DNA of 64,000 nt, taken from Acidobacteriota bacterium. Lineage in GTDB: Bacteria; Acidobacteriota; UBA6911. Location of the stretch: assembly GCA_012719455.1 (NCBI GenBank), contig JAAYAJ010000022.1:21713-85712 (forward strand), given 5' to 3'. The translations under genes and the position numbers were made by a program. The stretch's first letter is position 1, and every line of letters starts with the position of its first letter. Shown in pieces: positions 58,253 through 64,000 of the stretch. A model generated the notes under the pieces. The model saw only the letters and a program-made list of their open reading frames with translations, was not told where the DNA came from and ran no database searches.

Positions 58253-60040
58253 CTAGGGTTTCTGCCCGATCTTCAGCCGGAGTTTTCTGACCTCTTCCCG
58301 CTCCTCCAGTTTGGGGTCGATCTCGAGCGCGCGCCGGAGGGCGACCTCGGCCGCGAGGGTGTCGCCGGTCTCGGCGCTGACGATGGCGAAGTGCAGGTGG
58401 ATTTCGGCGTTGCGCGACTGGCCCCGGACCGCCTCCTCGAGCAGCTCGACCGCCCGGTCGTTCTGCCCCGCGAGGTGGTGGATCCACCCCAGGGTGTCGG
58501 CCATGTTCGGGTTCTGCTTCGACAGGGCGTAGGCCTTTTCGGCCATCGGGAGCGCTTCCTCGAGGTTGTTTTCCCGCACCGCCAGGGCGAAGGCCAGGTT
58601 GTTCAGGACCACGGCGTTGTCCGGGGCGATTTCGAGCAGCCGGCGGTAGAGGGCGATGGCCTTGTCGTGCTCCCCCGCCTCCTCGTACAGGCCGGCAAGG
58701 AGCAGGCGCGGGGCCGCCAGCCGCTCGTCCCTCGCGACCGCCTGTTCGAGCGCCTGGATGGCCCCGGCCCGGTCCCGGCGCAGGACGCGCGCGTCCGCCA
58801 GGATCGTCAGCCGGGTGGTCTCCGGGTGGATCCCCTGGCTCGAGTAGGCCCGGGCGGAGAGGGTCTTGAGCCGCCGGGGGCCGAAATCGGCCGGCATTTC
58901 GGTCTGCGGGTCGATCCCGCGGTCGATGTCCGCGGCGGCCAGGGTGTGGGTGCGGAAGGGGGCCGAGAGCGGGTCCCCTATGATGACGGTCTGCCAGCTC
59001 AGGTAAGGGGTGGCCAGGTAGAACGATTCCACCAGGTTGAAGCCGGAAAGGTAAGCGGGAAAGAGGATGTCGGGCCGGATCGCTCCCTCGAGGTACGGTT
59101 CGGTGACGTGGGCGCCGGCTCCCGTGACGCCGTTGCGGATGAAGTCGGCCGCCAGGGTGGGAGTCCCTTCCGCCTCCGCCAGGCTCCAGGGCTGGTCCGA
59201 TTCAACAAAAGTGCGGCCGTCGGCCCCCGAGAAGGTCCCCGCCAGGGCGCCCGGGGCGAAATCGAAGTCGAGCCGCCGCCGGCGCAGCGCGGGGTCGTTG
59301 GAGCCCCAGGAGTAGTATCCCAGCACCTTCCCGGTGGTGGTCAGCGCCTCGGCGGTTTCCTCGAGCACCACCCGGTCCCCCATCCCCATGGCGGCCAGCC
59401 GGTCGGCCGCCGCCTTGAGCCAGAGGTCCCCCTTCTGATCAGGCGTCCCTTTCGCGTCGAGGAGGATCTTCCCCTCCCGGGAGGGGGCCGAACCGCGGTC
59501 GATCAATCCCTTGATCTCCTCGATGTTGTATCCGTCGAGCCGGCTGACCAGGTAGATGTCCTGCTCGGCGTGCCGGAACTGCCTGGCCTCGCCGATGGGG
59601 GCGTCCCCGAGAAAATAGGGGTTCGGCACCGGCCCCTCGGTCCGGACCTGCTCGCCCGTCAGGCGGCGGTAGAGGAGGGCCAGTTCCGAGTCGACCGCGG
59701 CCGCGGTCCCCGCCTGCCCCGCGCTCCCCTCGATGCGCAGGGGGATTCCCCTGGTGAGCACGATATAGATAATCCGGTCCTGGGCCCCCTGCCGCGTCAG
59801 GTAGGTGGCGATGGGGGTGGCGATCTGCCGGTCGAAATCCTCCCGCGAAATGGTCTCCCCCTCGGTGGTGAGGATGGCGATTACGTTGGTTTTGGCAATG
59901 CCGCGCTTTTGAGCGTAATAGAGGCCGGTTTCGAGGGACACCCGGCTGGCCTGGTTCATGACCACGAGCACGTTGTCGGCCGTCTGGGCGCACAGGGGAG
60001 GGACGCATAACGCGAGCAGGATCAGGATTCGAAGGATCAT
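58253..60040 (-). CDS. Secreted protein with C-terminal TPR repeats, unknown function (resembles conserved hypotheticals found in PEP-CTERM/exosortase EPS loci)
   Basis: Signal peptide MILRILILLALCVPPLCAQ. About 400 aa N-terminal domain of unknown function. C-terminal TPR-like helices (…AIALYRRLLEIAPDNAVVLNNLAFAL…). Confidence 0.55.
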   Translation of the reverse strand: MILRILILLALCVPPLCAQTADNVLVVMNQASRVSLETGLYYAQKRGIAKTNVIAILTTEGETISREDFDRQIATPIATYLTRQGAQDRIIYIVLTRGIPLRIEGSAGQAGTAAAVDSELALLYRRLTGEQVRTEGPVPNPYFLGDAPIGEARQFRHAEQDIYLVSRLDGYNIEEIKGLIDRGSAPSREGKILLDAKGTPDQKGDLWLKAAADRLAAMGMGDRVVLEETAEALTTTGKVLGYYSWGSNDPALRRRRLDFDFAPGALAGTFSGADGRTFVESDQPWSLAEAEGTPTLAADFIRNGVTGAGAHVTEPYLEGAIRPDILFPAYLSGFNLVESFYLATPYLSWQTVIIGDPLSAPFRTHTLAAADIDRGIDPQTEMPADFGPRRLKTLSARAYSSQGIHPETTRLTILADARVLRRDRAGAIQALEQAVARDERLAAPRLLLAGLYEEAGEHDKAIALYRRLLEIAPDNAVVLNNLAFALAVRENNLEEALPMAEKAYALSKQNPNMADTLGWIHHLAGQNDRAVELLEEAVRGQSRNAEIHLHFAIVSAETGDTLAAEVALRRALEIDPKLEEREEVRKLRLKIGQKP

Positions 60041-60111
60041 GAGGTGGATAATAGCACACCCGGCTTTTTCATAATATTGATTCCGCGGATCGGTGACGAT
60101 AGAGTTATCCT

Positions 60112-61095
60112 ATGTACGAGAACTTTTACGGCCTTGCGGAGCCGGCCTTCAACCTGACCCCGGACCCATCCTTTCTCTTCCTCAACAAGCGCAGCAGGGA
60201 AGCGATCGAGCAGATCCTGTACAGCATCGAGCGCCGGGAGGGGTTCGCCGTGGTGGTCGGCGACATCGGCACCGGCAAGACCACCCTCTGCTGGGCCCTG
60301 CTTGAAAGGCTCGCGCGCAAGGAGATCCGCACAGCGCTGATCCAGAACCCGATGCTGTCGGAGATCGAGATCCTGAAGTCGATCCTCCAGGACCTGGGGG
60401 TGCGCCCGGAGGAGACCGACCCGGACCCTGACAACTCCCCGCACCGGATCTTCGACACCGAGTGGATGCGGGGGATGACCAAGAAGCAGCTGCTCGACCG
60501 GCTCAACATGTTCCTGGCCCAGCGGGCCGAAGAGGACGTCTTTACCGTGTTGATCATCGACGAGGCGCAGAACATGTCGCTCGGGCTGCTCGAGCAGATG
60601 CGGCTCCTGTCCAACCTGGAGACGGCGAAGAAGAAACTGTTGCAGATCATCTTCGTGGGGCAGCTGGAACTGGACCGGAAGCTGAAATCCCCCACCCTGC
60701 GCCAGCTCAACCAGCGGATCTCGGTGCGGTTCGAAACCAAGCCGCTTTCGCGGGAGGATACCGAACGCTACGTCAGGCGCCGGATCGCGGTGGCAGGCGG
60801 CGCCCCGCGCCTCCGTTTCGGCTCCGGGACCTTCCGCGCCCTCTGGCGCCACTCCAAGGGTTACCCGCGCATGATCAACCTCATCGCCGACCGGGCGCTG
60901 CTGGGGGGGTACCTGGAGAGGTCGGGCACGATCACCCCGCGCCTGGTGCGCCGCGCCGTTCGGACCCTCCAGGGGGGGGAGAATTCGAGCGGATTCAAGC
61001 CCGGGTGGTTCCGGCGCCTGGTGCCCTACGCGGTCCCGGCCCTCGTGCTGATCGTCGTCGTCTTCTTCATGGTCTACCAGGGGCTCACGCAGTAG
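60112..61095 (+). CDS. ExeA/GspA-like AAA ATPase (EPS / PEP-CTERM-locus-associated subfamily)
   Basis: Walker A GDIGTGKTT. Walker B LIIDEAQ. C-terminal TM helix. Confidence 0.75.
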   Translation: MYENFYGLAEPAFNLTPDPSFLFLNKRSREAIEQILYSIERREGFAVVVGDIGTGKTTLCWALLERLARKEIRTALIQNPMLSEIEILKSILQDLGVRPEETDPDPDNSPHRIFDTEWMRGMTKKQLLDRLNMFLAQRAEEDVFTVLIIDEAQNMSLGLLEQMRLLSNLETAKKKLLQIIFVGQLELDRKLKSPTLRQLNQRISVRFETKPLSREDTERYVRRRIAVAGGAPRLRFGSGTFRALWRHSKGYPRMINLIADRALLGGYLERSGTITPRLVRRAVRTLQGGENSSGFKPGWFRRLVPYAVPALVLIVVVFFMVYQGLTQ

Positions 61096-61099
61096 GCGG

Positions 61100-62167
61100 T
61101 TATTGCCGGGCGACCAGCGCCGCGATCCGCTCCCCGGCCTTGCCGTCCCAGAGCGGCGGCACCGACCCCGATTTCGCCTCTCCCGCGAGGATCTTCCGCG
61201 CCTCGGCTTCGAGCCGCGCCATGTCGCGTCCCACCAGGATATTGCTCCCCACGGTCACAGTGACCGGCCGCTCGGTGTTTTCGCGCACGGTCAGGCAGGG
61301 GACGCCGAGGTAGGTGCTCTCCTCCTGGATCCCCCCTGAATCGGTAATAATAAAGGCCGCGTGCCGCTGCAGCCCCAGGAATTCCAGGTAGCCGGCCGGG
61401 TCTGCCAGGCGCAGCCGGTCCGAGATCTCGAGCCCCGCGATCTGCCCCAGCATCTGGCGCGTGCGGGGGTGGACGGGAAAGACGATGTCGATGTCGGCCG
61501 CTATCCGGTTGAGCGCCCCGATGATGGCGCCGAGCCCCTCCGGGTCGTCCACGTTCGACGGGCGGTGGAGCGTCGCCAGGGCGTAGCTTTTGTCCTCGTA
61601 GGGGGGAGGGACCGCCTGCGGCAGGAGCCGCACCAGGGTGTCGATCATCACGTTGCCGACCAGGTGGATCCGCTCCGGCGCCACCCCCTCCCGCACCAGG
61701 TTCTCGTTGCCGTCCGCCGACGGGGTGAAGAGGAGATCGGCCACCCGGTCGGTCAGGACGCGGTTGACCTCCTCAGGCATCGTCCGGTCGAACGAGCGCA
61801 GCCCCGCCTCGACGTGTCCGACGGAGACCAGGAGCTTGGCGCAAACGAGGGCGGCGGCCACGGTGGAATTGACGTCGCCGTAGACGAGCACCAGGTCGGG
61901 GGCGACGTCGAGAATCACCCGTTCGATCCGCACCATGATCTCGGCCGTCTGTTTCGCGTGGCTCCCCGAGCCGACCTCGAGGTTGAAATCTGGGGCCGGG
62001 ATCCCGAGCTGGCGGAAGAAGACGTCGCTCATGGCGGCGTCGTAATGCTGCCCCGTGTGCACGATCGTCTGCCTAACCCCGCCGCGGCGGGCCAGGGCCG
62101 CCTCGACCGGAGCCACCTTCATGAAATTGGGGCGCGCGCCCACCACGTGAAGTATCTTCATCATCAT
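61100..62167 (-). CDS. wecB: UDP-N-acetylglucosamine 2-epimerase (non-hydrolysing)
   Basis: …KVAPV…HTGQHYD…LVYGD…HVEAGLRS… canonical WecB/MnaA. Confidence 0.9.
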   Translation of the reverse strand: MMMKILHVVGARPNFMKVAPVEAALARRGGVRQTIVHTGQHYDAAMSDVFFRQLGIPAPDFNLEVGSGSHAKQTAEIMVRIERVILDVAPDLVLVYGDVNSTVAAALVCAKLLVSVGHVEAGLRSFDRTMPEEVNRVLTDRVADLLFTPSADGNENLVREGVAPERIHLVGNVMIDTLVRLLPQAVPPPYEDKSYALATLHRPSNVDDPEGLGAIIGALNRIAADIDIVFPVHPRTRQMLGQIAGLEISDRLRLADPAGYLEFLGLQRHAAFIITDSGGIQEESTYLGVPCLTVRENTERPVTVTVGSNILVGRDMARLEAEARKILAGEAKSGSVPPLWDGKAGERIAALVARQ

Positions 62168-62411
62168 CCCATCTCCTTGTCGGCCGTCGACAGGCTTTTC
62201 GGATCGGAAGATAGTTTACGTGAACGATCTTTCGAAGCCAAGGCCGGCGGCGGCCGCAATGGGTTCCAATTTTCATTGCGGGGTTGCTACAATACCCACC
62301 GGTCGGTCCGCCGGGAGGCGGGGTAAAAAATGCATGCGGGGCGCGCTCCTGCCGATATGACCACTGGCAGGGTTACTGCTGAACAGGCACTACTATTGAA
62401 AGGAACCATTC

Positions 62412-63698
62412 ATGAAAATAGCCGTGGTAGGATTGGGATACGTGGGCTTGCCGCTGTCGCTGCAGTTCGCCCGGGCGGGGGTCGAGGTCCTGGGCCTCGA
62501 CGTGGACGGGGCCAAGGTCGAGGACTGTAACGCCGGCAGGAGCTACATCAAGCATATCGAGGCGGCCGACATCGCCGAGGTGGTAAAGGCGGGAACCTTC
62601 AGCGCCTCCACCGATTTCAGCCGGGTGCGGGAAATGGAGGCCGTGATCATCTGCGTGCCGACCCCGCTCAACAAGAACCGCGAGCCCGATATCAGCTACA
62701 TCGTGGGAACGGCGGAGACGATCGCCCCCTACATGACCAAGGGGTGCTTGGTGGTGCTCGAATCGACCACCTACCCCGGGACCACCGACGAGGACCTGCG
62801 GGCGGTCCTGGAGGAAGGGTCCGGGATGAAGGCGGGGGAGGATTTCCACCTGGCCTTCTCTCCCGAGCGCGAGGACCCGGGCAACCCCGACAGCAAGGTG
62901 GAGCTCATTCCCAAAGTGGTGGGGGGCTTTACCCCGAAATGCCTCCAAAAGGCTTCCACCCTGTACGGGAAGGCGATCCGGACCATCGTTCCGGTCTCGA
63001 GCTGCCGTGCGGCGGAGGCGACCAAGCTGTTGGAAAACATCTTCCGCTCGGTCAACATCGCCCTGGTCAACGAGCTGAAGGTGGTCTACGAGGCGATGGG
63101 CATCGACATCTGGGAAGTGATCCGCTCGGCCAAGACCAAGCCCTTCGGCTTCATGGCCTTCTACCCCGGGCCGGGACTGGGCGGGCACTGCATCCCGATC
63201 GACCCCTTCTACCTGACCTGGAAGGCGCGCGAGTACGGCCAGAGCACCCGCTTCATCGAGCTGGCGGGGGAGGTCAACACCTCGATGCCCAACTACGTGG
63301 TGCACAGGGTGGCCGAGGCGCTCAACTCCCGGCGCAAGGCAATCAACGGTTCGAAAATCCTGATCCTGGGGATCGCCTACAAGGCCGACGTGGACGACGA
63401 CCGCGAGAGCCCGAGCTATGTCCTGATGAACCAGCTCAGCGGCCGCGGGGCCGAAATCAGTTACTACGACCCGCACGTCCCGGTCATCCGCCCCTCGCGC
63501 GAGCACTCGCACTGGGCCGGCACCCGCTCGATCGCATGGACCCCCGAGGCGCTCGGCGCCTTCGACGTGGTTCTCATTTCCACCCACCACGCGGCGGTCA
63601 ACTACCGGGACCTGGCGGAATACGCCGACTGCATCGTCGACGCCCGCAACGCCATGGACGGGATCCCCACCCGCCCCGGGCAGGTCTGGAAGGCCTGA
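62412..63698 (+). CDS. wecC: UDP-N-acetyl-D-mannosamine dehydrogenase / nucleotide-sugar dehydrogenase
   Basis: N-terminal Rossmann VVGLGYVGLPLS. Catalytic Cys region GPGLGGHCIPIDP. Confidence 0.85.
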   Translation: MKIAVVGLGYVGLPLSLQFARAGVEVLGLDVDGAKVEDCNAGRSYIKHIEAADIAEVVKAGTFSASTDFSRVREMEAVIICVPTPLNKNREPDISYIVGTAETIAPYMTKGCLVVLESTTYPGTTDEDLRAVLEEGSGMKAGEDFHLAFSPEREDPGNPDSKVELIPKVVGGFTPKCLQKASTLYGKAIRTIVPVSSCRAAEATKLLENIFRSVNIALVNELKVVYEAMGIDIWEVIRSAKTKPFGFMAFYPGPGLGGHCIPIDPFYLTWKAREYGQSTRFIELAGEVNTSMPNYVVHRVAEALNSRRKAINGSKILILGIAYKADVDDDRESPSYVLMNQLSGRGAEISYYDPHVPVIRPSREHSHWAGTRSIAWTPEALGAFDVVLISTHHAAVNYRDLAEYADCIVDARNAMDGIPTRPGQVWKA

Positions 63699-63703
63699 TC
63701 TGT

Positions 63704-63743
63704 TTCCGGAGCCGTCGGCCCGCTGCGGGCCGACGGTTCCGGA
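63704..63743. terminator. Bidirectional hairpin between convergent wecC and a UDP-glucose dehydrogenase gene
   Basis: TTCCGGAGCCGTCGGCCCG…CGGGCCGACGGTTCCGGAA near-perfect inverted repeat (one mismatch). No strong T-run. Confidence 0.45.
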
Positions 63744-63746
63744 AAG

Positions 63747-64000
63747 CTAAAAATGCTTCAGCGCCGGCTTCCCCAGCGGGTAGACGTTAAAGCCGATCCG
63801 GTGAAGCCGGGCGTGGTCGAGCAGGTTCCGCCCGTCGAACAGAAACGCCGGCTTCTCCATCGATTCGTAAATCTTTTCCCAGTCGAGCCCGCGGTACATC
63901 TCCCATTCGGTCATGACGGCCACGGCGTGCGCCCCCCGGGCGGCTTCGTACGGGTCTTCCAGGAAATCCACCCCTTCGAGCCCCGCCAGGTCCACCCGGG
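63747..64000 (-). CDS. UDP-glucose/GDP-mannose dehydrogenase family, C-terminal part (gene continues beyond the window end)
   Basis: C-terminal UDPG_MGDP_dh_C-like sequence (…HAVAVMTEWEMYRGLDWEKI…FDGRNLLD…). Confidence 0.6.
   Translation of the reverse strand, partial: RVDLAGLEGVDFLEDPYEAARGAHAVAVMTEWEMYRGLDWEKIYESMEKPAFLFDGRNLLDHARLHRIGFNVYPLGKPALKHF

Noticed and set aside
1-64000. CRISPR arrays, transposases, toxin-antitoxin pairs or defence-island genes
   Set aside because: None found on inspection of all intergenic regions and small ORFs. Intergenic space is minimal, and its repeats are promoter/terminator-type hairpins only.

Overview
High-GC (~68-70%) window from a Gram-negative chromosome. 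The lineage is unassigned; the PEP-CTERM-like EPS genes, the PASTA domain on FtsI and the patatin-Omp85 protein are features I associate with Acidobacteriota-like genomes, but I cannot verify this. The window is almost entirely coding (about 60 genes). From 5' to 3' it contains:
- A periplasmic alpha-2-macroglobulin lipoprotein (with the CLEQ thioester motif) paired with PbpC.
- htpX plus a secreted coiled-coil protein.
- A TonB-dependent receptor preceded by an AT-rich promoter island and a small secreted-peptide ORF.
- A ybjQ / CMD-family / RCK K+ channel / apbC group.
- A feoA-feoB-membrane-protein operon.
- A tightly packed minus-strand cluster next to tRNA-Pro(UGG): Mo-aldehyde oxidoreductase, an HdrA/GltD/HdrD-like flavo-FeS fusion protein, a Zn-ribbon miniprotein, a C_GCAxxG_C_C protein, a PaaK/F390-synthetase-like adenylating enzyme and a NifS-like aminotransferase. 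I regard this cluster as the most likely novel system in the window.
- rph-rdgB, a rhomboid protease, a PlpD-like patatin-Omp85 (type Vd) protein and a signal-peptide O-methyltransferase.
- A condensed dcw cell-division cluster (mraZ-rsmH-ftsL-ftsI-murE-murF-murD-ftsW-murC-ftsQ-ftsA-ftsZ) that lacks mraY, murG, murB and ddl, with a three-repeat MraZ operator upstream.
- Housekeeping genes: ychF, rplU-rpmA, obg, nadD, rsfS, rlmH, dksA-like, comF, queA, folE.
- An orphan anti-sigma / LTXXQ periplasmic-sensor pair.
- An exopolysaccharide-type locus (secreted TPR protein, ExeA-like ATPase, wecB, wecC and a partial UDP-glucose dehydrogenase).
No CRISPR arrays, integrases or transposases were seen. 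Many long ORFs in the six-frame track are antisense or alternate-frame artefacts of the high GC content and were rejected.
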